Source of the DNA: Felis catus | Lineage: Eukaryota | Assembly (NCBI RefSeq): GCF_018350175.1 | Contig: NC_058368.1 | Coordinates: 4,712,001-4,776,000 of the forward strand | Reading direction: 5' to 3' | DNA: 64,000 nucleotides | Translations under genes and position numbers: made by a program | Shown: one piece after another, positions 46,976-61,029 of the stretch | How the letters are laid out: each line of letters starts with the position of its first letter | Numbering within the stretch: position 1 is the stretch's first letter | Notes under the pieces: model-generated | The model's database searches: none | What the model was told of the DNA's origin: nothing | What the model saw: only the letters and a program-made list of their open reading frames with translations

Positions 46976-48379
46976 AACGAAAGAAGGCCTTTCCAGACTA
47001 TCGGTGAATTTAAATGCTGAACACATCCCTTGGCTTTATGTTAAAAAAAAAAAAAAAAAAGCATGTTGGTCTCTACTGTGTGACTTGGCTGGCTTTACTT
47101 GAAACGAAATGACAAGGACAAAATGGAGTCCTGGGGGACTCCTGTTTATATCCACAGTACTTAGCACAGCACCTAGAAGGTAACGGGCAGAAAACAAATG
47201 CTTGAATGAATGGACAAAACAACACATACTTACACTCACTTAGAACTCTGCCTCCTTAATGTCCGGAGGCTGACAGAACCCTTGGACTCTACAGAACCCG
47301 AAGGAAGGTGACTCTGCTCTGTTACGGGCTACGGCACACAGGATGCCAAGCAGTAGGACCGATTCTCCGTGACATCCGGGTGGAGGGTCGAATCCCAGAC
47401 CTACCTGCAGATTCCAGGGGACGTTGCCTTCTGAACTGCCGTATGGCAAGCCAAGGCCAACGATCCCAGGGTCTGACAGGGCTCAAATTGCCAACTGCAA
47501 ATGCGCACGATGACTCCGATCTTCCCTCCCTACCCCATTCTGTATTTATGGGGGGGAGAACGTGCCTTTTGAGCGTTTTATTCATCTTGAAGCGATGAGG
47601 CACGTGATGGTGCTAAGTGACCGGGATCAAGCAGCCTGTCCAATTCCTGGGTTTAATTTCTGACAGTCCTTGGTACCTAATTCATCTCTTCACAGCCCAT
47701 TCATTCCATAGCAGGAGACCTGCCCGTTTGCTGCGTTGTCCCCAGTCGTCTGTTTACAGCAGTAACACTTCTGGGAAATGTTTTAAGAATCTTACTCCGG
47801 GCATCTCTATTCTGACAGGCAGAGAGCTGAAGGAGAAAACTGCCACAGGCGAAGACGAACGTTGGGGTTAGAAGGGTTCGAGGTCTAGACTGGCCTGTGT
47901 TAGGGAAGGAACCCAAGAAGCCAGATTTTTCAGAATCCTCAGTGTTCTCCTTCGGTTTTAACGTGAAATTGCTTCTCATTTCTGGTGTCATTTCTTTTCT
48001 GAGACGTTGGTGTTTACGAGTCAAGCAAGAAACACGGTCAGACCTTAATCTGAAAGTCGTAGCATCTTTAGACAGGCGCCGGCCAGGGCTCCAGACTGAC
48101 TTTGTGACTTGGTGAAGGAATACGCCCAAGAATCACCATCACCACCTGACAGTCAGAAGTAGGAACTAGGAACGTATTGGGTACCCCACCTGGTAGGAAG
48201 GGCCTTCCCCTCAAGCCCTCAGGACTTGCCCACGATCAGAATCATTAGACATCCGCACATTTTTGTTCAGGTCAGGATTCCCAGCTAAACCTTCTACAAA
48301 GACTCCCTGGGAGCAATGAGCAACCAGGTCAGCGAAGAAAGTTCAACCAGAGTCTTTAAGGTGGAAAAGTCCAGATCGG

Positions 48380-48990
48380 AACCCTCTACTCTTCTCCTTC
48401 TCTGGCTTCTCTCCAATTCGTTCTGCATCATGAAGCCAGAGCGATCTTTTCCAAGAGTATCTTGCCATCCCCGCCCCAACCTTAACTGTGTTTAAACAGT
48501 ACCTCAGTATAAAGGGAAAACCCCACTGTGGCTTCCAAGGCCTCGGATGGTCTGGCCCCTATTTATATCTCCAGACTCACTTATTGTCGTACAATTTCTG
48601 CTGTGGCCACACTGGCCTTCTACACATTGTGCTCCCTTATACTGCAGGGCCTTTGCACATGCTCTGCTCACTGACGGGGATATTCTCTCTCTCTCATCTT
48701 CTACTGCCTCCTACTCATTCTTCAGTTCTCAAGGCAATATCACTTCCTCCAAGAACCCCTCCCTGAGTCTCTGGTTAGACCCGACGCGATGATAGGCTTA
48801 GAGCACTCTACGCCCACCTCTTGCCAGCTGTAATGTTAGATTCATCGGGTGATGCTTTGACGGGTTTTCCTACTAAATCGTAAATACCGAGAGGAGAGGA
48901 CAAGAGGCCATGTCCCCTTTGCAAACTGTTGTGTTCACGGTATCCAGGCAGTACTTTCTTCAATAATCGCCTAAATGGGTAAAGGGATGG
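48380..48990 (+). mobile_element. L2 relic
   Basis: gccagagcgatcttt, gggcctttgcacatgct, ends aatcgcctaaatgg...gatgaa. Confidence 0.6.
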
Positions 48991-49229
48991 ATGAAGCAAC
49001 CAGGGCTGAAACCCACTCACACAGTTGGGACCACAGACACGGGGCAGAGGCGGGAAGGCTGTGCGTACAGACCACAGGACTACGGAGTAAGCAACATGAC
49101 CTCAGATCGGGGCAACAAGTCTTTCCTGAGCGTGCCTGCTGGGACATGGAGACGTGGACAGGCAGGGACAGCGAGTGGCAGCGGCTGTGACCCCTGGGGC
49201 CCCTGCCTGCTGGACACTGGGCTGGGCTT

Positions 49230-49620
49230 CACGTGGGGCCGCTAGAGGCTGAGGGTGCAGGTCCGAAGTCATGCTGGGGTACAGTCTTGGCTCCCTCCCT
49301 TACTAAAGAGGTTCTGTAGGCAAAGCACTCGAGTGCTGGGGGCACCCCTTTCCTCGTTTGTAAGATGGGACAAGAAGAGCATTTGCTTCAGACCGTTATT
49401 GTGCGGCTTAAATGAACCAACACACACAGGGCCCTTCCGGTAGTATTTGGCGCACGGTAAACACTGCGGGGATCACAGGGGTTATCACCATCCTCATTTC
49501 AAGCAGAAGGAAACTGGCACTCAGAAAGGTTGGATTAATTTGTTGAGAGCCTCACAGCAAGGAAATGGCTAAGTTAGAACTCAGCTGGGGTGAGTCTGTC
49601 CTCAGGGTCTTTCCTCTCTT
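49230..49620. mobile_element. Two MIR relics in opposite orientation
   Basis: ttcctcgtttgtaagatggg (+) and gaaggaaactggcactcagaaaggtt (-). Confidence 0.55.
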
Positions 49621-51539
49621 GACCCTGTTTGGATTAGGGGCGAGGTAGCACCGAGCCTCTAGGCCGAAGGTCTTTGGTGCCTGCAAATAAGCTAGACCAG
49701 GTCAGCTGTGGGGACAGAGCAGGCAACAAGCAGAGGAACAGGGGGGACAGGCAGCCACAGGTGCCCAGACAGAGTCGAAGTTTCCGGGACTGGAGGAGAG
49801 CAAGGACCAAATGATGGGACCAGGAAGCTCCATCAAAATTCACAGTGGCTGGGACCAGTTTGCAAAGTCGGCGTGGGATGAACGAGATAGTGGGTGATGC
49901 TAGGCCGGGCCGTGGAAGTCCATGAATCAAGATTGGAATTATTCCCAAAGCTTGGGATGTCACTAGGCCTGCAGGAGGGAGGAATGAGGGACCAGCCGTG
50001 GGGACAGAGTTGTGGGGCCAGCCAGGCATCACAGCAGTGGCGGGGCCTCTTCCTGAGGCTTCAAGCCAGGGGCGTGGGGCGTGGGGGTTCAGACCACAGC
50101 AGGAGGCGTGTGAGCCTGATGCCCCACACTGAAACCGGAAACGCATTTTCCCATAGATGCATAGTTATGCATGGTGTTGGGGTCGACAGGGGTCTGCTAA
50201 GGATAGCAGCATTTGAAGCACGACAGTGTAGTGCTCCCTGGATCTCCCAGTACAAACCCAATTTCAAAACTCTGTCCTGTTCTTTTGTTGTGGTGAGAAC
50301 ATACGTACTTGCCAAATCATGGATCTCAATTTGGGGGTCAGAAAATATGGCCCCTATAACTATACTTCAGCTCTATTGTGAATTAAACCAGCTCTTGTGG
50401 ACTGGATCTGGGACTCTAATTCCTATTTCTATTTCCTGTGGGAAAATCCAGCCCAAGTTCCAAAGAACTTTTGGAACGGAACCCACTCATAGGTTGGGCA
50501 CTGCCTACCCAGTGGAAAAATCCATTTGCTTATTATTAAGTTCAACGATAATGACATCGTGCTCCTCCCCGACGTTATTCCACATTCTCTTCATCCACAA
50601 GAGATGGTATTTTAACAAAAACCAGAAATACTGAAAACTGTGGCTTGACAAAGAACCCAGGGTCCCTTCAACAACATGTGAATTAAAGGGAGAGAGTTTG
50701 CCATTTTCTGACTGAAAGCTAGCTGTTCTTGAAAACACAGCAAGGTTAATGGGGGTTATCCTCTGTAGGGATGTGTCAGCCCACCAGGCCACTTAATGCA
50801 CGAGGACCAGAGGAATCTTGCCTGCACTTTGGGAGGACCTCACTTGAACTCTGCTTTCTCAGCCTGCCTTCTTTTCTGGGGGGGAAAGCAACTTCCTTTG
50901 GATTAAGCATGACACGCTGGACTTTTTCGTTTCCTGTGAACGAAATCCTTCCCTCTCTCTCCGTCTCCCCTTCCATCTCACCGTATTAACCAGGGCCTTA
51001 GTTCCTGCATCTACCAAAGCATGGATGACCGGAGCCACAAGAACCTACACGGCCTTGAGTTTGAATGTCCCAGATTCTGCTGGTATGTTGACAGTCATTT
51101 TTCCCCATTAACAAAGAGCTCTGTTTCATTTTTTTTGCACAAGTGATATCAAAACAAGAACACAGAAACAAAACCACCACCACAACCATCCGTAAATCTT
51201 ACCATCCCTTGGAACATCTATTTCCTCAGTCCGTGCCCAATGGCAGGCCTGCTGACCCACTTAGTTTCTCAACTGTCACTCAGTGATGGAGTCACCAGAC
51301 ACAAGGCACACGAAGATGAGTCAGGTTGATCCCATAAGGAAGTCAACCTGCAAAGTTTATAATCAGTATGGACACTATTTCATTCAACTTTAATGAGGAA
51401 GATTGAATAGATTACTTCCCAATGGAACATACTTCTTGTCCATGAAGTAGGCAAGTGGATAGCAGTTGTATTCTGTGTCAGTTCCTGAAGGACACTCAAA
51501 AGAATATTTCAATTCTAGAAGGGATATAAAACAGATTTC

Positions 51540-51736
51540 TTTTTTTTTTTTTTAACGTTTATTTCTTTTGGGGAGAGGGCAAGTGGTGTAGGGGCAGAGG
51601 AAGGGGGGCAGAGGATCCAAAGTGGGCTCTGTGCTGATAGGCTGTCAGTGGTGAGCCCAATGGGGGCTCAAACTCACAAACCGAGAGATCATGACCTGAG
51701 CCGAAGTCGGATGCCACCTGAGCCACCCCAGCTCCC
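51540..51736 (-). mobile_element. Can-SINE
   Basis: TSD ga.ataaaacagatttc. Confidence 0.92.
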
Positions 51737-52021
51737 GGACATAAAACAGATTTCAGCTAAATATCTCCCAACTGGATTCCCGGCCCTGAGTTACAAAAGT
51801 AAAATCTTCATTTCTAATATGATGGGACCCGACCTTTCCACCTTCCTGTATTAGTTGACATACCAGACTTTAGTCACAGCATAGACCACATAAAGAGCAG
51901 GTCTACAATGGCTAATACCCATAAAATGCTATGTTTCTGGTTTTTGTTTTTGCTTTTTTTTTACTTGAGGATTTCTGAGAACCTTCCAGTCAACAATGTA
52001 CATCAATGGTGTTTATTACAT

Positions 52022-52240
52022 TTATCTTAAGTTTACTCTGAGGGAGAAAGAGAGAGAGCGCACAAGCAAACACAAGAGCACAAGCAGGGGAGGGGCAGAC
52101 AGAGAGGGAGAGACAAAGAATCCTAAGCAGGCTCCGAGCGGTCAGCACAGAGCCCGGCTTGGGGCTCGAACTCACGAACTGTGAGATCGTAACCTGAGCC
52201 AAAGTCAATCACTCAACCGACTGAGCCACCCAGGCGCCCC
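52022..52240 (-). mobile_element. Can-SINE
   Basis: TSD aatggtgtttatta. Confidence 0.95.
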
Positions 52241-53275
52241 AATGGTGTTTATTATCTTAATGAAATCCAAAGTAAACTCTTTATTTTACAGGTGGAAAAA
52301 CATATTTATAGGAGAGAGAGAAAAAGATTGTCAGCTTAGTATGGGCAGCACATTCCAAAGATATTGATGGGAACAGAAGGCCTTACGGAAAACTGAACAT
52401 TTTCTGCCACGTGATTTCTTTGTTTTAGGTATTTTTTTTTTCTCTTCTAGACTATTTTTGTTCCTAATTCTGCTATAGAAAATTTTCCTTCTATGGGCAT
52501 TTCTCTTCCACAGGGAGAAAAATATCAATGAAGGGAGAGAAAGAAAAGAGGCAGATGATTCTTAGAACTTTGCTTTCCATCCAGAAGGGTCTCTGAGACA
52601 TAGATGACCCTGTGACTATCCTCAGAGTGACAAGGGCTTCCTGTCCAGGTATCTTTTGCTCTCTTGATTTGGAGGGCAAGATGAAAAACTTTCACTCACT
52701 TTAACTTCAGCTGAAATTACAGACAATCTTCAAGTTTCTTGGAACTAAATACTTAACCTTCACTAAGCTGGATAAGCAACTTTGTCATAACTTTTCCAAT
52801 TCCATAAAGTAGAAACAATGCCAGCATTATAGCTAATCTAATCAGCAAGCACAGCTAGAAGGTATCAGAATAGCGTGTGGTCCTTAGAAATAAGAGAACA
52901 TTTTAGCAATTCTGCTTAACTCTTGAGTTTATTTGAACCCTCGGCTCCATGGAGAGAATTTCCCTATATCGACCTCTGCTTTATTTTGAATTTTATTAAT
53001 GTAAGATTCGAAATTGGCCGGGCTTATTCCTTTACCCATTCATTTGCTGTTTCAGCCAACAACTATTGGTCGAGCACCTACAATTTGCTACTCGGGATAT
53101 AACAGGGTAAAGTCAACTCAGGCCTGTGTTTTCACGGAGCTTACACTTTAGTGGGAGACTGGCAGTGAACAAAAAGTTAATGAATATTAAGATGTTAGAG
53201 AGTAATAAGGGCTTTGTACTGATTTGAAACAGGCACCATCATCAACTAAACTCGGTAGTCAAAAAAGATCTTTCC

Positions 53276-53357
53276 GGGGCATCCCAGAAGTATCCAACTT
53301 CGGCTCAGGCCATGATCTCATGGTTCATGAGTTCGAGCCCCGCGTCAGGCTCACTGC
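53276..53357 (+). mobile_element. Can-SINE fragment, followed by a MIR (~53365-53630)
   Basis: tccaacttcggctcaggccatgatctcatggttcatgagttcgagccccgcgtc. Confidence 0.8.
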
Positions 53358-53649
53358 GGTCACCGAGGCAGCACAGTGGAACACCTACACTCGAGAGCTA
53401 GACTCAGGCATCCTGAACACCAGTTCTACCGCCAGGATTCGAGCATCCAGGAGCAAGTTCCCTAACTCTTATGAAGGTTTTGTAACCCTTTGTTTCCTTG
53501 TTGGTAAAATATGGATAATGATGGTTTCCCACTCACGGAGATGTTGCAAAGCTTAAAGGGATTCATGTATGTTAGAATAATGCCCAATACATAATAAGTG
53601 TGATAATAAGGGATGGTCACTATTATTAGTATCAAAAGTGCTAAGTATA

Positions 53650-53890
53650 TACAATTACGTTCATACCTGCATTATTCCCAATAGCTAAAATGTGTAAGCA
53701 GACCAGATGTTTACTGATGGAAAAATAGATACACAAAATATGGTCTATACATACAATGGAATGTCACTCAACCTTAAAAAGGAAGGACATTCTGACACAA
53801 GCTACCACATGGATGAACCATGAGGACATTATGCTATATGAAGCAATCCAGTCACAAAAAGACAAATACTGTATGATTTCACCTAAGATG
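53650..53890 (+). mobile_element. LINE-1 3' fragment
   Basis: catggatgaaccatgaggacattatgct...cagtcacaaaaagacaaatactgtatgatt. Confidence 0.85.
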
Positions 53891-55494
53891 GGGCCATGAG
53901 ATTCATAAATCTGGAAATTCTACAAAATAGGAAAGGTGAAAAGTCCAGGGCAGCCATAATCTTCATAAATGTCCACTACAGTCCACCCCTAGCCTTCCAG
54001 GATCAACACACACTCTTCCCCCACAGTGAAACTTAACAACCATACATGGCCTAGAAAACGGACCAAAAAGCTCCCATCATTGTCTTGGATGGAAACACCT
54101 GATGTCATCAAAATAGCAATGATCCTTAAATCAATCTGCAAACTTAAGGAGATAAGAACCAATGGGGGTCAATGTTGGGCAGGTTCAGTTGGCAAAGCTA
54201 AAGTGAAGGTCCAATCTAGAATCCAGGAGATGGTCTGGCTTGGACACATGAAGGGAGGAATCATTTGTGCATTCGGCTTAGCGTTGGACACGATGGCCAA
54301 GGATGAAAGCTTGGGCAACACTTAATGGAGGTGGGAAAAGAAAAGCAGCCAACAGAAGATGCTGAGGAGGCGATCAGGAGAACAGCCAGGAGGGATGAGA
54401 TGCTAACAGAGCCGCTAGGAGCAACCCAGGCACAGGGGGGTGCAGAGACTGGGAAAAAGAAGAATCTCTAGTCTTCAGACTAGCTTCCCAAACCATGAGT
54501 GCAAGCCAGAACTCGGTGGAATGAGTGGTGCGTGAGTAGGAGGCACCGAGGGGAGGCAACCAAGGCCACACAACCCTGTTATGAAGTTCGACTCCAAAGG
54601 GAAGGGGAGGGATGTGGCAGAAACCCTTACATAACGGAATGGCTATGTTCAGCCCCCACATGAGCACACACTGTGGAGATCAACCGTCTAGGGCTCAGCG
54701 TGAACATTAATCATCTGCGGGCGCAGTTCGTACACATGCTTGGTTTTTCATTTATGTCTCTGCAAAGGCCCCATTAGTTTATTCAGGCACAAAGATTCTA
54801 GAGACTTTCCATTTAGAATAGTTCTGCAAATGGCCACTTAAATAGAGACAATGGCTTTGGCAGTGATTTGGGGGCTTTAAAAAATAAATTTGCACCAGTA
54901 ACTCTAGATGTTTTTATTTCGTTTTTCTAGGGTGAGTTACAAGCCATTTCTAAGAAAACATTTATCCTGTGACAGAGAATAACTTTTTTCCTCCCGTACT
55001 TGTGTGTTCGATTTTGTAGTTTCGCCGGTTCGCTCTTACTTAATACCCTTGGTTGGATATGTACCCTTCTCTATTTTCTATAAAAACTGGGCAAAGGACA
55101 TATGGATTCAATTATTAATATAGCAAGCACATGTCACATAGTGATGCCAACAGAACCAGCAATGGCATGCGGTCACCAGCTGCAGAGCCTGATTTCTTTA
55201 AGTCCCCCAGCTACCAGAGCACCCAGGGACAGCGGCCATAAAGTGCACGTGGAGAGAAGCCCTTTACTCAAACACTCTTTAAAGTCTCGCAACGTTAAAA
55301 CTTTTGCCAGCATAAAAACAGAGCTGGCGGGCTTCCAGAAAGACAGCGAAGTAGGTGACAATGCCAACAGCCTCCTCCGCACTGAATGCTATGACATATG
55401 GAACAACACGAAGTTTTAGCAGCGAAATGCCGGCGGCGAACATTCAGTCCGACTCGACCCAGGGCAGGGTAGGCGTGTTTCAATTCGCAGCGCA

Positions 55495-55705
55495 GGGGCG
55501 CCTGGGTGGCTCAGTCAGAGCACCCCACTTTCGATTTGGGCTCAGGTCAGGATCCCAGGGTTGTGAGGTCAAGCCCCGTGTCGGGCTCCATGCTGAGTGT
55601 GGAGTTGGCTTGGCTCCCCCTCCGCCCCTCTCCCCTGCCCGCATGCTCGCTCTCTCTCTCTCTCTCAACTAAAATTTAAACATTTAAAATGAGTTAATGA
55701 ATGAA
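55495..55705 (+). mobile_element. Can-SINE (older)
   Basis: TSD aattcgca..gca. Confidence 0.9.
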
Positions 55706-55971
55706 TGAATTCGCACTGCAAACTTGACAAGACCAAGGTCCAGATCACAGAGCGCTGAATCAATCCAAAGGCACGTCTCTGAAGGCCTGTGTTCCCCGGT
55801 TCCGCCTCAGAGAAACAAGGGTAAGGTACTTAATTCCCTCGCCTCTGCCTCCTCATCTGTAAATTATGGGTAATCAGACCCACTTCCCAGGTTTCTCATG
55901 AGGACTGAATATGTCAACGCAGACAGAGGCTCACTTATGTGCCTTGCACCAACAATGGTAATGGCATCATT

Positions 55972-55994
55972 ATTTTTTCTTAATTTTTATTTTT

Positions 55995-56029
<35 letters not shown>

Positions 56030-56208
56030 GGAGAGGGAGATGGCACACACGGGGAGGGGCCGAGATGGGGGACAGGACAGAGGATCTGAAGCGGGCCCTG
56101 TGGTGACAGCAGCCAGTCTGATGCGGGCGGGGCTCGAACTCACAAACCGCTAGATCATGACCGGAGCCAAAGTGGGACGCTCAACCGACTGAGCCGCCCA
56201 GGCGCCCC
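55972..56208 (-). mobile_element. Can-SINE with GA tract
   Basis: TSD tggcatcattatt. Confidence 0.93.
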
Positions 56209-56509
56209 GGCAGTGGCATCATTATTATTCCATGTTAGTTACATCCACTGAGGTTCACTGACACAGGCTGAGCTCCAACTTGCTTCTGTGCCAGTTCTGA
56301 CAATATCTGGCTTCCTGCCCTCTTGCTGCTCTCCATTCCAACGCGTCTAGAATCAGTTCTGGGCTCCTCTGAGTCTCCTGGGATGTAGACTTGCCTTCTA
56401 TACAGGAATGACACTGCCATGTTCGATCAGTTTATAACTGAGCTAAGGCATTCGTTTTCTGAGCACCTCGTTTCCCTGATTAACCTCAAGCCTTTCCCTG
56501 AGCCACAAG

Positions 56510-57063
56510 TGTACCGGTCAGGCCCCTCGGAGAAACAGGACCAACAGGCTGTATAGATAGATATAAAGGTAAAGAAAATGTGTACAGGAAAGGGCACATG
56601 TGACTACAGAGGCTGGCAAGTCCTAAGGTCTGCAGGGTGAGTCGGCAAGCTGGGGACCCAGGAGAGCCGACAGGTTAGTTCCAGTCCAAGTCCAAAGGTC
56701 TGAGAACCAGGAGAGGTAATGATGTAGTTCTAGTTGAAGGCTGGTGAGTTTGAGACCCAGGAAGAGCCAATGTTTCAGTGTGAGTTCAAAGACAGAAAAA
56801 AAAAGCTGGTGTCCCAATTCAAAGGCTGTTATGCAGGAGGAATTCTCTTACTCTGGGGAATGTCTGTCTTTTTATTCTGCTCAGGCCTTCACCTGGTTAG
56901 TTGAGGCCCACCCACCTGAGGAAAGACAATCTGCCTTGCTCTGTTTACCAACTGAAATATTCATCTCTTTCAGAAAAACTTTCACAGACACGCCCAGAAT
57001 AACGTATGAGCAAATATCTAAGCACCCTGTGGCCCAAATGGACATATAAAACTTACCATCACA
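56510..57063 (-). mobile_element. MLT2B-type solo LTR (ERVL)
   Basis: TG...CA ends, 5-bp TSD acaag/ataag; cacagacacgcccagaataa...ccatcaca. Confidence 0.87.
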
Positions 57064-57178
57064 ATAAGTATATAGTCCCATAGCTCAGACTGAAACTAAC
57101 CAGTAAGATTCCACTGGCTAAAGGTGGACACACAACAAACCTCTAGTGAAGCAGACCAGATAAGTCATACGCTATGGA

Positions 57179-57400
57179 GGGGCGCCTGGGTGGCTCAGTC
57201 CGTTAAGCATCTGACTTCAGCTCAGGTCATGATCTCATGGTCTGTGAGTTTGAGCCCCACGTTGGGCTCTGTGCTGACAGCTCAGAGCCAAGAGCCTCCT
57301 TCAGATTCTGTGTCTCCCTCTCTTTCTGACCCTACCCCACTCACTCTATCTCTCTCTGTCTCTCACAAATGAATAAATGTTAAAAAAAAATTTTTTTTAA
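57179..57400 (+). mobile_element. SINEC_Fc
   Basis: TSD aagtcata..ct.tgga. Confidence 0.94.
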
Positions 57401-60109
57401 AGAAGTCATATACTGTGGACTTCTAGGAAAGAATATCCTCTCTTCTCTTCCTTTCAATGGGATACCTAGAGCTGGTGTAGGAGTTCACCGTCCTCAGGGA
57501 AGTCAATGTAAGGAGCACAGAGCAGACCAGGAGACTCCCAGAGGAATGCTGTGGCTCTGATTAAGCCACATATAAAGTCTGATTATGTCGGGACATTTGC
57601 ATTACCCAAGCAGATATATCCTCTATCGTGTGACCCAATTTGGTTGGATTTCCTGGAATTTGCAAGATGAAGTCTAAATGGTCTATTTACTCCAACACTA
57701 GGACCATTCTTGTCATCGCTCTGGCCCCCACTTCTGAGCTCTGTCCCTACATAAGCAGTCAGTATCTGGGACACTGTCCAAGCTAGATTAAAATATACTG
57801 GATCTGGAAAGTCTCCCTCAAACATCACCTCTGCCTAACAGAATGACCCCTCTACCCTTCTCCCCAAAATCTCAAGCAGATATGAATGTTGTCCCAGAGC
57901 AACCCCATTTGGAACATTTCTTTGACCCCTGAGACTGAACTGTGGGTCACCTTTTGGGGGGAGGCAGTCCCTCCACCCCACCCATACCCAACATTCTCCC
58001 TTTCACAACAGCCAGTGCCATCTGGTCATGGATCATGATCAAATGTCGGAAAGAATTACTGCATTAGTAATATGACAAGAAAAACAAAATAAATGATTAA
58101 ATAGAGAACATAGTTGTTGCTGGCAAGTATATTTGTTGAAGCAAAAACAGTATTTGATCAAATCAGCAGCTTTTTCTATCCCCAAATTCTTTCCCTGAAA
58201 AAAGAAACAAGTGGTTGCCTTCCCTGACGCTAATTTCAAAAGAAAAATTAGGCTTAACCTCCCATACTAGTGAATTTTTAATTTTATATTTATTACAGAT
58301 GTCACCTGTGAATTTATTTACGTAACCTTCCCCAATCTACTCATATTTTTTGACCTACACAAAGATTCAGGCTTAATATTGGGTAGGTGTTTCTTTGTAT
58401 CTTTTTTATTGAGCCACCTAGTTTTGACGCCCTTGAAGTTTGATGAATAAAGCCTTATTCACCCTAATCATAACCCCTCTCAACTTACAGACAGTATTTA
58501 TCACTCAAAAATAATAAGCATGAAGCAAGAGTGAGAGATCCAGGATCGGTGGGATTTCCAAGTGTTTGCTGCCTGGATTCTGGTGTTTACTCATGAATGT
58601 CATAATGGAGTTATATTCTGACCAGAGATGAGAAAAGCATTAAGACTTAAGAGGTTTGGTCCGGGAAGGACAGCAGTGTCTGGGTGGGGCGAGGGGGAGA
58701 GTGGGGAGAAAGAAGTACAACCAATCCCATCTGCTTCCAATGTAGCCCTGGAAGGCTGGCATGGGAGAGACCCACTGAGCACCAGGTTTGGGAGGTCAAT
58801 GGGGGCCACTTTACCTAGGATCTTGAAAATGGCAACCCCAGGCCTCTTCCTGGTTGGGTGTGTTCCTCCCCAGGCCACGGTTCCATGGCTGCTGACCAGG
58901 TCTGGCCTGAGTTTCTGACTCTGGCTGCTGCGGAGGTAGGGTACAACCCTTCTTCCTGACCCTAGGGTACAGACGATGTGGGGGGAGGAGGCACCCCTAC
59001 TTGAGTGGGCTTCAGGGAAGCTGTGTTCTTGACTGACAGCCAGGGTTCCGTTCAGGCAAGGAGGCAGAGGAACATGTAGTGATGAGGTAGGGGAGCGTGT
59101 TTTCCCGCAAGGAGATTTCCAGAGGGTAGGGCAGAAATGTTTGAGCTGTAGTCGGCTGAGGCCCTTGGCGCAGGGGAGGGGAAGCCCAGACCAGCTTGGG
59201 GTTAAAAGGAGGGGCTGGCGTTTGGCCCGAGGGCCTCATAACGTGGGCATGGGTCAAGAATTACAATAACTCGCTCACCCATCCGATGTATTTATTCAGC
59301 GTGCTCTCTGTGCCAGATGGTGGCTTGGCAATGACAATATAGACGTGAACGCCACACAGTCCCTGCCGTGTGGAGCGCACCTTCAAGTGGCCTCGACACA
59401 GGGCTGTGGGGACGTGCTGTGAGAAGAATCGGGCAGGTGAGGGAATTGAGAGGGGCAGGGGCCGCTCTCTTAGGTCAGGTGGTCAGGAGAGGCCGGTGTG
59501 AAGGATGGCACCGGGCAGACAGCTGAAGGGGGCAGGGGGTGCCAGGATGAGGAGGCTTCCTGCAGAGGCCATGACAGCCACGTGGCGTGTGGCGGGAGGC
59601 CTCCAGGACAGAGGGGCCAGAGGACCGCGGGAGGGGAGGGAAGGGGGAGGCGGTGGGAAGGCAGGGCCCCTCTGCCCACCGCAGCCCCGCACCCCTACAC
59701 TTACTGTCCAGGTGAAGGTCAGCCCGTTAGAGGGAGAATTCCATCACGATTGCCTGTTCCAAGTGTCCCCTCCCTGATCAACCCCTCCCTCGCCCTGCCC
59801 TGCCCTTCAGCCTTCTCGCAGAAGATGGCAATCTCGCCCAGACCCACAACCACCGGGGTAGCGGTCAGGACCCAGAACTTTGGGGCCACAAGAAGTGGGC
59901 GTGGGGCTAGAAGTCCTGACAGCTGTTCCTAGAAGAACATCAGCACGAAGCAATCACTTGCCGAGAGTCACAAGAAACCGTCTGAGATGTAACCAGACCG
60001 GTTAGCGTCTGCACAGAAACGAGCGTGCTGTCCTTCCCGGCATTCCCGTTGGTTATGTGTCTCTTCACTGATGTCTCTACTGCTTATAACATCTCCCGAC
60101 CTCCTGCTC

Positions 60110-60340
60110 AAGGCCGCAACGGCGGTGCAAAGTAGGCTTCTGAGTCAAAGCCACCCAAGTTAAATCTTGGTTCTAAAGCATAACCAGCTGAGCTGTGTGC
60201 CTTCGGGTGAGTCACTTCATCTCTCTGAACCTCAAGCTCCTCCAATTATAAAAGAGCCATAAAACGTCACAAAACCGATGAGAAGATTAAATGAGACGAC
60301 GGAGAGGAACGTACCTGTGCTCCGCATGTAACAGAGTCTC
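60110..60340 (+). mobile_element. MIR relic
   Basis: agctgtgtgccttcgggtgagtcacttcatctctctgaacctca. Confidence 0.7.
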
Positions 60341-61029
60341 AGAAACAGTTTCTTTCTTCCTCCTTTGGGAATTAACCCTCAGAGAGCGAAGCGTGAGTTT
60401 AAGTCACTTAGCAGCGCTAAATCCTTATCTTCTGAAGGTGAATTCTACCTTTGGAAAGGGCCAAAAGCTATGAGGATCCAAGTGTGATGAAGAAGGCCAG
60501 CAATCAAGCGGACAAGGCCGCTGTGTACAGCCGCTGTGTTCGTGGAGAGAATGGTCTTCTGTACGGATCAAAGACAGACTTCTCTTGACGGCCATGTTCC
60601 GAGCGAGCGCGGTGCTGGGGGGTGTGGCTACAACAGCAAACAGATCGGAGTCCTTGTCCTGAAGAGCTCCCGGGTCTCTATGGGCTGCAGTGGCATCGCT
60701 AGTGGAGGTCTCGAAAATAATGTACAAGGGGTTGGAGATATCCTAGGCACTTTGTTTAAAAGGAAGCTTTGCTGCCTCATACCTTAACCAAAAACACCTT
60801 TAAAGCCTCTACATAAATCATTAGAGAAGGAACAACTCGACCCTTTCCCCGAATAATTAGCTATTTTTCACTGATCTGGCTTCGTTTCATCAAACGAAAA
60901 TAAGGAACAAATAAGTTATTTGAGTTTCACAATTGGGTAGGCATTTTCCAGGCCTGGGGTTTCAAAGCAAGAAAGTTACTCGATAATTTTCTTTTCTAGA
61001 GTCTCTACTCAGGTCATTAATTATCACTT

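Noticed and set aside
50509..50630. Minus-strand exon-like segment (YFWFLLKY...DFSTG)
   Set aside because: Moderate splice signals and an unrecognised peptide; insufficient support
49894..50634. Longest ORF in the window (246 aa)
   Set aside because: Non-ATG start in the track, no recognisable motif or splice context; likely chance
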